Shown here piece by piece: positions 37,177 to 46,813 of a stretch of DNA of 64,000 bases. Under the pieces are notes generated by a model. The model searched no databases and had not been told where the DNA came from. It worked only from the letters and a program-made list of their open reading frames with translations. Origin of the DNA: a virus. Every line of letters starts with the position of its first letter. Position 1 is the stretch's first letter. The position numbers and the translations under genes were made by a program. The stretch is from positions 1 to 64,000 of IMG/VR virus record IMGVR_UViG_3300045017_000165; one strand, 5' to 3'.

Positions 37177-40100
37177 ATGAGAACATTTCACGGCTCCGCG
37201 CAATTCGATGCATTGAAAACTACTGTTACTGATGCGTACAAAAAACTATTTCCAGTTTATGCCAAGGGGCAGGAAGGCAAGAGTCCGTCACTCCACTTAA
37301 AGAATATTTGGGTAGATGATGCAGAGCTGGATCCCAACAACTTTACAGATCAGAAAAAAACTAAGCTCGCAGGAAGAACTTGGGGAGCTCCCGTATTTGC
37401 GGACATCGAATTGAAAGACCCCTCAGGTCATGTCATTGACAAACTAGATAAAATTCGCATCTCAACCATTCCAAGGCTAACCCCGCGTGGCTCCTACTTG
37501 GTGCAAGGTAGTGAATATCAGATAGCCAATCAGTTCCGCAGAAAGGCGGGCGTGTACGTTCTACCCATGGCTACTGGGGATCAGTTCAAGGCGGTGTTCA
37601 ACGTTCTGGGAGAAGGCTCACGCAACTTTGAAGTACACCTTGATCCTAAGTCCAATAAGTACGCACTAAAGGTAGGGCAGGGGTTCATGCCCCTCTACCC
37701 GTTCTTAAACGCGCTCGGTGCAAAAGACGATGACCTGAAAAAAGCTTGGGGTGAAGAGGTGTTCGCAGCCAATAAAGTTGACCCCAATAAGCACGTACAG
37801 AAATTGGCTGAAAAACTTACGCGAGTAAAGACAGACAACAAACAGACAGCCATCGAAGCGCTCCATAACTTCGGCAAAGCAGCGAAGCTAGATCCCTCTA
37901 TTACCGAGCTAACTCTTGGTAAAAGTTACGCGCAGCTCGATCAGCACGCGATAATCGCAGCCAGCAAAAAACTAAAGGACGTTTACCACGGCGTAGTCGA
38001 ACACGATGATCCCGAGAACATCCTCTTTAAAGAAGTTCTATCAGTTGAAGACATGCTTCACGATAAGCTTACCAGTAAAACCCAAACTGATGCTCTTAAG
38101 TATTCGCTATCCAGAAAGCTCGGAAAGCGCACTAAAATCAAAGACATCGTAGACTTCAGACGTCTGGCTGGTCCTGTGGAATCTTTCTTCACCTCAGACA
38201 CCAGAAGCAGTACCCCAGAGCAGTACAACCCTATCCACATGCTCTCAGAAAGTCAGAAAGTTACCCTGCGCGGTACTGGTGGCATTACTGACCCACACAC
38301 CATCACAAGTAGTGTGCGCGAAGTTCATCCATCTCACGTAGGATTCGTGGATCCGGTGCATACCCCCGAAGGTGAGAACATCGGCGTCACCATGCACCTA
38401 GCCGCTGGAGCAGTTAAAGACGGTCGCGCAATCAGAACTCCTGCAGTAAATGTACGCACTGGTAAAGAGGAACTCCTTACCCCTAAAGAACTGTACACGA
38501 AGGTAGTGGCATTCCCAGATGAAGCTAATATCTCAGATAAGGGTGTGCAGTTCAAAAATAAGCTAGTCAAAGCGCAGCGTCTTGGAAAGATGTTAGAAGC
38601 CGAGCAACACAGCGTGGACTACGTGATTCCGTCGCATACGACGATGTTCAGCTACGCTACGAATCTCGTGCCGTTCCTTCACAGCGATCAAGGTAATCGT
38701 ATCGCCATGGCTGCAAAACACTTGAGCCAAGCAATCCCACTAGTCGATCGTGATGCGCCAAACGTTCAAACTGAGGTTGCACCTGGAAAGAGTTTTCACG
38801 AGGTGATTGGTAGGCAGTTCGCGGTCCACGCCCCTGAAGACGGAGTAGTAACTAAAGTTACGTCTGACTTCATCGAGGTCGGTAAACATAAAATTCACCT
38901 CTATAATGATTTTCCGCTAAGACAAAAAACGCTCCTTCACCACGAACCGCTAGTTAAAGTGGGAGATAAAGTTAAGAAGGGTCAGCTCATCGCAGACTCC
39001 AACTTTACAAAAAATGGTACGCTTGCCCTCGGTAAGAACTTGAAAGTCGCTTACCTCCCGTATCCGGGTCTAACTTTCGACGACGGTATTGTCATCACCG
39101 AAAGTGCGGCTAAAAAACTTTCAACTGTCCAGGTGTACAAGCACGCGTTTGAAGTTGAGCCGGGAGCCAAGAAAACTGACCTCCGCATGTACTCGGCTTA
39201 CTTCCCGAACGTCATTGGAAAAGATCTGCATAAAAAGTTTGACGTTGACGGTGTCATTAAAAAAGGTGCTGTCGTAAACCCTGGGGAACTCGTAATCGCT
39301 GGTTTGAAGTATGATCTAGCCAATCCTGAACTCGCTACACTAAAGCGCATTAATAAATCCCTCGCACGTCCATGGTCAAACGCAGGACAACACTATTCGG
39401 GTGAATTCCCAGGAGTAGTGACAGATGTAGTTAAGCGTGCAGATACTGTAGAAGTCTATATTAAAGCCGTCGAGCCAGCCAGAGAATCGGACAAACTATC
39501 GGGCGTTCACGGCAATAAAGGCGTCATTACTAAAGTGATTCTCGATAGTGAAGCGCCAAGAACTAAAGACGGAAAAATACCCGACGTTATCTTGAATCCT
39601 CACGGGATCATCGGTCGTATTAACGCCGGACAAATATTTGAGTCCGCCGCAGGAAAAATTGCCGAGAAGACCGGAAAAACTTACGTGGTGAAAAACTTTA
39701 ACGGTAAGAACACCGGTAAGGAAATTCTGAAAGAACTTGAGGCTCATAATATCGATGACATGGAAGAAATGTTTCTTCCTAATGGAAAATCGATGGGCAA
39801 AGTTCACATCGGTAATCCCTATATTCTCAGACTCTCCAAAACAGGTAAGACTGGCTTCTCTGCCAGAATGCCTGGCAGCGGTTATGACCCGAACCAGCAA
39901 CCTACTAAAGGTGGTGAAGAAGGCTCTAAAGCTCTCGACCTGCTCACATTCTATTCGATGCTTTCTCACGGTGCTAAAAAAAACCTTGCAGACGCTCACC
40001 AGAAATCAGAAAAAAATGACGAGTACTGGCATGCAATTGAAATGGGAAAACCACTTCCAGCTCCACGACAAACCTACGCGTTCAACAAGTTCATCTCTCT

Positions 40101-43100
40101 GTTGCACGGTGCCGGCGTTAATACTGTTAAACAAGGTAATAACGTCATTCTCGCACCGCTAACAGATGGTGCTGTTAAAAGACTTAGTCACGGTGAAATT
40201 AAAGAACCAGAGTTTCTTCATGGAAAAGACTTAAAAGAAAAGAAGGGTGGCTTTTTCGACCCTGCGCTTACTGGTGGTAAAGCCGGCAAGAACTACACCC
40301 ACATCGAGCTGAAGGAGTATCTGCCAAATCCAGTGTTTGAGCGCCCAATCAGATCACTCTTAAATTTAACCGCTGCCGATTACGCTGATATAGTGAGTGG
40401 CACTAAACATGTTAGTACTGAGGGTAAAGTCCTGACCACTTCCGCTAAAGGGACTCTTACTGGAGGCAACGCTATCCAGCATCTTCTATCAAAGATAGAC
40501 GTAGATAAAGAAATAGAAGCTACCACCAAAAAGCTTCCTTCTATGCGAGAAGGAAACGATCTTAACCAGTTGAGCAGAAAACTTCGGTATCTGCACGCGC
40601 TTAAGGAGCTCGATCTTAAACCTCAAGACGCGTATGTTAGAAAACTAATTCCCGTTGTTCCGCCTGAATTCCGACCCATTTATGAAACGGCTAAACGTGG
40701 TTTGCAGGTGGCGCCAGTAAATGTTCTCTACCAGAACGTTGGTATCCTAAACAAGTCTCAAGATCTCCCCGTAATGTCTTTACTCGAAGATTCTGAGAAG
40801 AAGGACTTACGTACCGAGCTTTACCACTCGACTAAGACACTCGCTGGTCTCGAAGAGATCATGCGCACAAAAGAACAGCCAATAAGAGGTTTCCTATCGC
40901 AGATCACTGGTGACACACCCAAAACCAGTTTCTTCCTCAACAAGGTCATCAATAAACGACAAGACCTAGTAGGTCGCGGCGTTATTACAGCATCTCCTGA
41001 TCTCCACATCGATCAGCTAGGTATACCCGAGAAGATGGCTTGGAAAATTTTTCATCCATTTATCATTAGAGAGTTCACTTCATCCGGTATTACTCCAGAC
41101 ATCGCGAGAAAAGAAATCGAAGAGAAAACTCCCCGAGCGAAACAGTTCCTTCAGACTGCGATGGACAAGAGAACCGTTCTAATGAATCGCGCGCCGTCAC
41201 TACACAAATTCTCTATAATGGCGTTCAAGCCGACCATCACTGATGGACTTGCTATTAAAGTGCCCCCGCTAGTTCTAAAGGGGTTTGGCGGAGACTTTGA
41301 CGGAGATTTTCAACAAAATCGCGTACTTGTTCATCTCACAGAAAAAGTTTTGCTTGAGATTGAGGAGGTACTTGGGCATAGTTACGCCAAGGAGCGCGAT
41401 GTGACCGCCAGATATAAAGAATCAGTGGTGTTAAAGAAGGGCGAAAAAGTTCTCGCTATCGATCTACAAGATTTTCCTGTCGGAGCGCTGGTAGCGACTC
41501 GTGAAGCCTCGAAAGGGCAAATAGATCTCTATGAAGCTATTCCTGGTACAAACGTTATTGCGTACGATGAGCAGAGCGGACGAATCGAGTTAAAGCCGGT
41601 GACCTATTGGTCCAAGCACTACGACCGCGAAGTAGAAATCGTTACTTTAGTGTCAGGGCGTCAAATCGTAACTGATGACGACCCCAGAGCCGTGTATGGA
41701 ATTCCAGCAGGATTTCTGTCACCTGCTAGGTTTACACCAGAACACGCCGTAGCTAAAACTGTATTAGTACCGCGTGCTATAAACATTAACCCCGTTGAGT
41801 CTATCGTAACCACGTATGTAGATCTCGAGACCGAGGAAGGGGACCTACTAGCTTTACCGCTCAACGAAAATCTTGGCTACCTGATAGGAGCCGCCGCAGG
41901 AGATGGCTGGAGTGACGACAGGCACTTCTGTCTGGCGTCAATTACTCCCGAAATTCCGGCTAAAGTTTTTGCCGCTCTAAAAGATCTCGGGCTAGTTAAA
42001 CCGGACAGTAAATTCTATAAGTCGGATCGTAAACAGGCTGGGCTGGGGGACGTTAGCTCCAAGTATTCGTGTGGCGGAGCTAGACTAGCCAAGTTCATTA
42101 AGCACAGCATCGGGCATCGAGCGAAGAATAAGCACTTACCCGAGTACTTTCTGGGTGCGAGCAGAGAGTTTAGAGAAGGGTTATTTGCTGGTTTGATGGA
42201 CACGGATGGGTCAATCTCGGTATCGAACGCAAAAGATAAAGTTTCACCGCAGTTGATGGCTAACTACAGCACTAATAGCCTTCGTTTAGCGAGAGAAATC
42301 CAGCTTCTCGCGCGAACGCTGGGGATTAGAGCTAGCATTACTGCGTCCAAAACTCCTGCGGGTAATCCATGTTGGATGATGAGCTTTTCAAACGTAGACA
42401 TCAAACAGTGGGATGGTAAGAGTATGCAACATCCCGGAAAACTAGCCAAGCTCGCTAGTATCCAAGAGATAAAGAAAACCGCCTCCACAGCTAAACTCGA
42501 TATCATACCCATCACCAAAGTGTTGGCTACGTTTATCGCTAAAACATTAGGAGCTCCAAGAACCGCTCCAACCGAACACAAAAGACTCTACGGAATTGCT
42601 AATCAGGCTGCTAAAGATGGATTCGTTTCAAGGCAGTCCATCGATGCTGTCATTGAAAAGATTTCACGCAAAGTCGTAGCCTCCCATCCCGACGGTCAAA
42701 GGTGGCTGGCACTACTAGACAATCGCGATGTCACGTGGGATCGCTGCGTATCTTTCGAGCGTACGGGTATCAAAGAAACCGGCTACGATCTCACAGTGCC
42801 AGGACACGAAACTTTCATGGCTGTCGACGGTGTCATCCTCTCTAACACAAGCACCATCCACGTGCCGACAAGCGACGAAGCCGTACGAGAATCTTTCAAG
42901 ATGCTCCCTTCACAAAATCTGTTTAAGCCCGGGACCGGGGAGTTGATGATTCAACCATCGCAAGAAAACGCGATCGGTCTTTATTTCCTTTCTCAGTCAA
43001 AGGAAGGGCGCGCCAGAATAAATGCGCTACTTCCCAAAGACCACCACATCTCAGCAGCTCTTGATAAGAAGGGGCTGGGTAGTCTCTTCAACAGTCTAGC

Positions 43101-44844
43101 TAAAACTCACACCAGACAATACGCCGACATTGTCCACAAACTTAAACAACTCGGCGATTCGGAAACCTACGCCAGAGGCTTTTCAGTTGGTGTAAAAGAC
43201 GTGGTTACCAGCACTGCGACAAGAGATAAGATTTTCGACATAGCAGAAAAGAAAGTGGCAGCACTCAAAAAAGCTAAGAAGCCGGGTCTAGAACTAGATC
43301 ACGAGATCGCAGGTATCTACACTTCAGCTGCTAAAGAGGCGTACGAACATACTAAACAAGATCTGAAGAAAAGCGATAATGCGTTCTACCATATGGTCAC
43401 CTCAGGAGCGCGTGGTAAGGACTCACAGCTACAACAGCTAGTCACTGCTCCAGGCATCGTGACCGACGCTAAAGATCGCCCAGTACCGATCCCACTAAAG
43501 CGTTCTTATGCCGAGGGTATTTCTACAAGTGATTACTTCGTTTCCTCTTACGGCGTTCGTAAGGGTATGATAGATAAATCACTTCAGACTTCGCAGCCCG
43601 GCGCCATGAACAAAAATATCATGGCGAATACCGTGGACAATATCATCACATCTCAAGACTGTGGAGTACGAAAGGGTATTGAACTACCGATCTCGAGTCA
43701 CGATGTTAACAACCGTTTCCTTGCTTCAGATCAGCACGGCTTCAAACGTAACACCCTAGTTACACCGCAGCTAATCTCGAACCTCACCAAACGTGGAGTA
43801 CGAACAGTACAGGTAAGAACTCCTCTGGAATGCATCGCTCCTAAAGGAACTTGCGCACACTGTTTCGGTCTTGATGAGCACGGTAAGGCCCCAGAACTCG
43901 GCGACAATATTGGCGCAAAAGCTGGTCAGGCACTATCCGAGCCTCTTACCCAATCCAGCATGAAAACCTTCCATACTGGCGGCGTAGCTGGTGAAGTTTC
44001 TATGCTCGGTGGATTTCCGCGCATTAAGCAGCTTCTCACAATGCCTAAGTATGTTGCTGGCGAAGCTCCACTAGCAAAGTTAGACGGCAAAGTGACGCAG
44101 ATTAAAACTACCACCAATGGTGCGCATGTAGTTATTGCGCCTCTCAGTAAAGAAGGAAAGCCTGAGATTCACCCGCTTCCACCCAACAGAAAAATAAAAG
44201 TTAAACTGGGGGATAAAGTGCAGGCGGGGGATCCTCTCACCCACGGGGTTCTTAACCCACAGGAAATCCTCAAGTACCGCGGAATGAAAGCCGCACAAAA
44301 TTACGTGGTGGATGAGCTAAAGAAAACTTACGACGAGATTTCGGGTGTCGGTAGGATGGAGCGAAGAGCCATCGAGACGCTTGTAAGATCGTTCGGCAAC
44401 TACACAAAAGTTAAAAGCGCTCCTAAGCAGGCTGACTTTAAACCAGGCGATATCATACCGTTCACTGTTGCAAATCACTACAACGAGACCCGTGCAGAGA
44501 CTTTACCAACCGCCGACTCAATGGGGTATAAACTCAGGTCTAGCGTTGGTAAACTCCCCCAATTCCATGAGATCGGGCACAAGGATATCGAATATTTGCA
44601 CGGGCTGGGCTACAATAAAGTGGACGTCGTAAAGGATCCCCTAATCCACACCCCGATAATGAAGGGCGTGGAAAGGCTCCCTAAAGAAAAGAAAGATTGG
44701 CTAGCTCAGCTTGGATACCAGCACATTAAGGACACATTATCCGAAGGTGCTGCGGAGGCTTGGAAATCAAGTCTTCAGGGCGAGCATCCAATCCCTGCTT
44801 ACGCATTTGGCGCCACGTTCGGTCAGAAAAAGGAGCACTACTAA
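37177..44844 (+). CDS. rpoBC: DNA-directed RNA polymerase, fused beta and beta' subunits, intein-containing
   Basis: Beta motifs: REVHPSHVGFVDPVHTPEGENIG, DKLSGVHGNKGVI, DVILNPHGIIGRINAGQ. Beta' motifs: IPVVPPEFRP, VLMNRAPSLH, GGDFDGD, SGARG, bridge helix, GQALSEPLTQSSMKTFHTGG trigger loop. Confidence 0.93.
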   Translation: MRTFHGSAQFDALKTTVTDAYKKLFPVYAKGQEGKSPSLHLKNIWVDDAELDPNNFTDQKKTKLAGRTWGAPVFADIELKDPSGHVIDKLDKIRISTIPRLTPRGSYLVQGSEYQIANQFRRKAGVYVLPMATGDQFKAVFNVLGEGSRNFEVHLDPKSNKYALKVGQGFMPLYPFLNALGAKDDDLKKAWGEEVFAANKVDPNKHVQKLAEKLTRVKTDNKQTAIEALHNFGKAAKLDPSITELTLGKSYAQLDQHAIIAASKKLKDVYHGVVEHDDPENILFKEVLSVEDMLHDKLTSKTQTDALKYSLSRKLGKRTKIKDIVDFRRLAGPVESFFTSDTRSSTPEQYNPIHMLSESQKVTLRGTGGITDPHTITSSVREVHPSHVGFVDPVHTPEGENIGVTMHLAAGAVKDGRAIRTPAVNVRTGKEELLTPKELYTKVVAFPDEANISDKGVQFKNKLVKAQRLGKMLEAEQHSVDYVIPSHTTMFSYATNLVPFLHSDQGNRIAMAAKHLSQAIPLVDRDAPNVQTEVAPGKSFHEVIGRQFAVHAPEDGVVTKVTSDFIEVGKHKIHLYNDFPLRQKTLLHHEPLVKVGDKVKKGQLIADSNFTKNGTLALGKNLKVAYLPYPGLTFDDGIVITESAAKKLSTVQVYKHAFEVEPGAKKTDLRMYSAYFPNVIGKDLHKKFDVDGVIKKGAVVNPGELVIAGLKYDLANPELATLKRINKSLARPWSNAGQHYSGEFPGVVTDVVKRADTVEVYIKAVEPARESDKLSGVHGNKGVITKVILDSEAPRTKDGKIPDVILNPHGIIGRINAGQIFESAAGKIAEKTGKTYVVKNFNGKNTGKEILKELEAHNIDDMEEMFLPNGKSMGKVHIGNPYILRLSKTGKTGFSARMPGSGYDPNQQPTKGGEEGSKALDLLTFYSMLSHGAKKNLADAHQKSEKNDEYWHAIEMGKPLPAPRQTYAFNKFISLLHGAGVNTVKQGNNVILAPLTDGAVKRLSHGEIKEPEFLHGKDLKEKKGGFFDPALTGGKAGKNYTHIELKEYLPNPVFERPIRSLLNLTAADYADIVSGTKHVSTEGKVLTTSAKGTLTGGNAIQHLLSKIDVDKEIEATTKKLPSMREGNDLNQLSRKLRYLHALKELDLKPQDAYVRKLIPVVPPEFRPIYETAKRGLQVAPVNVLYQNVGILNKSQDLPVMSLLEDSEKKDLRTELYHSTKTLAGLEEIMRTKEQPIRGFLSQITGDTPKTSFFLNKVINKRQDLVGRGVITASPDLHIDQLGIPEKMAWKIFHPFIIREFTSSGITPDIARKEIEEKTPRAKQFLQTAMDKRTVLMNRAPSLHKFSIMAFKPTITDGLAIKVPPLVLKGFGGDFDGDFQQNRVLVHLTEKVLLEIEEVLGHSYAKERDVTARYKESVVLKKGEKVLAIDLQDFPVGALVATREASKGQIDLYEAIPGTNVIAYDEQSGRIELKPVTYWSKHYDREVEIVTLVSGRQIVTDDDPRAVYGIPAGFLSPARFTPEHAVAKTVLVPRAININPVESIVTTYVDLETEEGDLLALPLNENLGYLIGAAAGDGWSDDRHFCLASITPEIPAKVFAALKDLGLVKPDSKFYKSDRKQAGLGDVSSKYSCGGARLAKFIKHSIGHRAKNKHLPEYFLGASREFREGLFAGLMDTDGSISVSNAKDKVSPQLMANYSTNSLRLAREIQLLARTLGIRASITASKTPAGNPCWMMSFSNVDIKQWDGKSMQHPGKLAKLASIQEIKKTASTAKLDIIPITKVLATFIAKTLGAPRTAPTEHKRLYGIANQAAKDGFVSRQSIDAVIEKISRKVVASHPDGQRWLALLDNRDVTWDRCVSFERTGIKETGYDLTVPGHETFMAVDGVILSNTSTIHVPTSDEAVRESFKMLPSQNLFKPGTGELMIQPSQENAIGLYFLSQSKEGRARINALLPKDHHISAALDKKGLGSLFNSLAKTHTRQYADIVHKLKQLGDSETYARGFSVGVKDVVTSTATRDKIFDIAEKKVAALKKAKKPGLELDHEIAGIYTSAAKEAYEHTKQDLKKSDNAFYHMVTSGARGKDSQLQQLVTAPGIVTDAKDRPVPIPLKRSYAEGISTSDYFVSSYGVRKGMIDKSLQTSQPGAMNKNIMANTVDNIITSQDCGVRKGIELPISSHDVNNRFLASDQHGFKRNTLVTPQLISNLTKRGVRTVQVRTPLECIAPKGTCAHCFGLDEHGKAPELGDNIGAKAGQALSEPLTQSSMKTFHTGGVAGEVSMLGGFPRIKQLLTMPKYVAGEAPLAKLDGKVTQIKTTTNGAHVVIAPLSKEGKPEIHPLPPNRKIKVKLGDKVQAGDPLTHGVLNPQEILKYRGMKAAQNYVVDELKKTYDEISGVGRMERRAIETLVRSFGNYTKVKSAPKQADFKPGDIIPFTVANHYNETRAETLPTADSMGYKLRSSVGKLPQFHEIGHKDIEYLHGLGYNKVDVVKDPLIHTPIMKGVERLPKEKKDWLAQLGYQHIKDTLSEGAAEAWKSSLQGEHPIPAYAFGATFGQKKEHY
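41308..42846 (+). mobile_element. intein with LAGLIDADG endonuclease, inserted right after the catalytic DFDGD of RNAP (non-canonical N-terminus)
   Basis: 513-aa insertion between GGDFDGD and TSTIHVP. LAGLIDADG motifs LGYLIGAAAGDG and LFAGLMDTDGS. C-terminal YDLTV...VILSN|T. Confidence 0.85.
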
Positions 44845-45338
44845 TGTTTAACTCAGGATTTGAAAAAACAGCACTTCAAGCCAAATTCATCGGTAAGGGT
44901 CTAGGTTATTCTGCTAAGGGAGCTCGCGCAGTGGGTCAGCACTTGAAACGCGTAGCTGCGGGTAAGACTGAGCTGCAGAAAAGTATCCGCGCCGGTAAAG
45001 AAGAAGTCATGCGCGCAGGCAAGAGTGAGCCTGGCGAGAAACTACTTCAGAAACATATCGAAAAATTCACCTCTGGCAAAAAACCACATGAGAAGCTAAT
45101 TCCTGGTGAAACAAAACGGAAGCTTCAAACTGTGCGCGGTCAGAAAGAATTTAAAGAAGCTTTTAGAGAAAAAGCTAAGCAGCGTCTAGAGAAGATGGAA
45201 GAGTCCAAGCCAACGTTCATGCATAAACACCCACTACTTACGGCTGGCGGTGCAGTGCTTGCCTACAAGTCGCTCTTTGGCGAAAAAGATTCTGAACAAA
45301 AACAATTTCCATCCATCACCTACCCACAGCAGTACTAA
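44844..45338 (+). CDS. basic protein with FxxGFEKTA motif
   Basis: Likely start is the ATG overlapping the RNAP stop (TAATG), giving MFNSGFEKTAL. Confidence 0.65.
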   Translation: MFNSGFEKTALQAKFIGKGLGYSAKGARAVGQHLKRVAAGKTELQKSIRAGKEEVMRAGKSEPGEKLLQKHIEKFTSGKKPHEKLIPGETKRKLQTVRGQKEFKEAFREKAKQRLEKMEESKPTFMHKHPLLTAGGAVLAYKSLFGEKDSEQKQFPSITYPQQY

Positions 45339-45545
45339 ATGAGCTTCTCTTCAGGATTTATTAAGACTGCGGAGTTCTCCAACTACGACGTCATAGAGGG
45401 CGCTGCCCCCAATTCAGGTCTCGGGTACGATCCGAGACTTCATGCGGGATCAGTAGAGATGGATACTCAAATAGCTAAAAAAAGCTCCCCGAAGGGAACC
45501 GCGGCAAAGCGCCGCCAACTATCAAACAAAGAGAGCACCAAATAA
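45339..45545 (+). CDS. small protein with FxxGFxKTA motif
   Basis: MSFSSGFIKTAE. Confidence 0.6.
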   Translation: MSFSSGFIKTAEFSNYDVIEGAAPNSGLGYDPRLHAGSVEMDTQIAKKSSPKGTAAKRRQLSNKESTK

Positions 45546-45802
45546 ATAGTGCTCATCCGTGTTTGAAGAGCGGTACGGTTACCGTTGTACGTTGGTTTGC
45601 TTGATGAAAGAGAACGTTATCCAGTAATACTACCTGAACTTTATACGATCTCCGCCACCAATCAAACTTAAGCAAAGTGGCGACGCAACGTCGATCAGCA
45701 TGTTCAATTCAACTCATCATGAGTTCCGTATAAGTCCCTCGTGCGCTAGGTACAAGCAATTACCAATAAAGATTTAACTGAATAAATCTTTCTTCTACTA
45801 TA

Positions 45803-45831
45803 CTTATACCCTAAAAACTCACGCTCTTGCC
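45803..45831 (-). promoter_or_regulatory. conserved phage promoter GGCAAGA-N14-GGTATAAG, pointing into an ORF-free region
   Basis: Same spacing as the other copies. Confidence 0.6.
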
Positions 45832-46017
45832 TAGCTGCTCTTTGCGTACTTTAACCCGTAAATCCAGCTCTTTTTTGTATCGCTTCGTATCTAGCGGAAT
45901 GTCGGTTGGAGAGGCGTGTTCGTCGCAAAATAGATGCCCCCAACTATTGATATTGGCAGCTTCCTTATCACACTGCTCGTATCTGGTTCCTTTTGAATAC
46001 TCACATTCACAGCGCAT
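45811..46017 (-). CDS. small Cys/His zinc-binding protein
   Basis: C-x-C...C...FCDEH pattern, with an AGGAG RBS. Confidence 0.55.
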   Translation of the reverse strand: MRCECEYSKGTRYEQCDKEAANINSWGHLFCDEHASPTDIPLDTKRYKKELDLRVKVRKEQLGKSVSF

Positions 46018-46087
46018 GCTTAGCTCCTAAAGATAAAAGAATGAGCGCGATACTTCCGCGCTCACCCCTCAATTACACAGCCGTTAT

Positions 46088-46510
46088 TCAAAATGGAATG
46101 TCGACGGCATTGTAGTCGTCCGTATTACTTCCTGGACCGTTTGACTGATTACTCTGCGGAGCACCCTGCGACTGACCCTGCGGAGCAGAGCCGATGAACT
46201 GCACAACTGAAGCCACAATTTCAGTTGTGTACTTGGTCTGCCCTTCTTTGTCCTGCCACGACCTGGTTTGAAGTTTTCCCTCTACGTAGGCTTCACGACC
46301 TTTGGCTAGGTATTTACAACAGTTTTCAGCAAGCTTACCCCAAACAACAATACGATGCCATTCAGTGCGGTCCTGCTTTTGACCATTCTTATCCACCCAA
46401 CTTTCATTAGTAGCGACACTAAAATTAGCAACTGCAGATCCTCCTTGCGTATTGCTAGCTTTAGGATCCTGACCAAGTCTGCCTACAAGAATGACTTTAT
46501 TAACCGACAT
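46088..46510 (-). CDS. ssb: single-stranded DNA-binding protein
   Basis: [38 protein letters not shown] and acidic C-terminus DIPF. Confidence 0.95.
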   Translation of the reverse strand: MSVNKVILVGRLGQDPKASNTQGGSAVANFSVATNESWVDKNGQKQDRTEWHRIVVWGKLAENCCKYLAKGREAYVEGKLQTRSWQDKEGQTKYTTEIVASVVQFIGSAPQGQSQGAPQSNQSNGPGSNTDDYNAVDIPF

Positions 46511-46556
46511 TTGAGTTACCTTTCATTTCGTTACTACTCGGACCACCCGAGTAGGA

Positions 46557-46736
46557 TCATTTTTTAGATTTACCATCGACTATACCTAAATAGCCAACGG
46601 TAGCCCCAATAACTAGTGCTGCTGTAATACTGAGCGGAATGCCCAACACCGCAGAAACACCCACTATAACACAACCAGTCATAACTATATTATTAGCTTT
46701 GCCTCGTCGTGCTTCACAGTTAGATTTGTTTTTCAT
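46557..46736 (-). CDS. 59 aa membrane protein (not in ORF track)
   Basis: MKNKSN...GCVIVGVSAVLGIPLSITAALVIGATVGYLGIVDGKSKK*. GGGGAG RBS, directly after a promoter motif. Confidence 0.6.
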   Translation of the reverse strand: MKNKSNCEARRGKANNIVMTGCVIVGVSAVLGIPLSITAALVIGATVGYLGIVDGKSKK

Positions 46737-46757
46737 GAATCTAACTCCCCAGTCTCC

Positions 46758-46786
46758 CTTATATCGGCATATCCTGATTTTATGCC
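46758..46786 (-). promoter_or_regulatory. conserved phage promoter GGCATAA-N14-GATATAAG (ssb operon)
   Basis: Same spacing as the other copies. Confidence 0.7.
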
Positions 46787-46813
46787 AAACAACAATGTTG
46801 GTACAATAACGTT

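Noticed and set aside
44760-44843. ORF-track start for the gene after RNAP
   Set aside because: It overlaps the RNAP gene. The ATG at 44844 gives TAATG coupling and the shared FxxGFEKTA leader.
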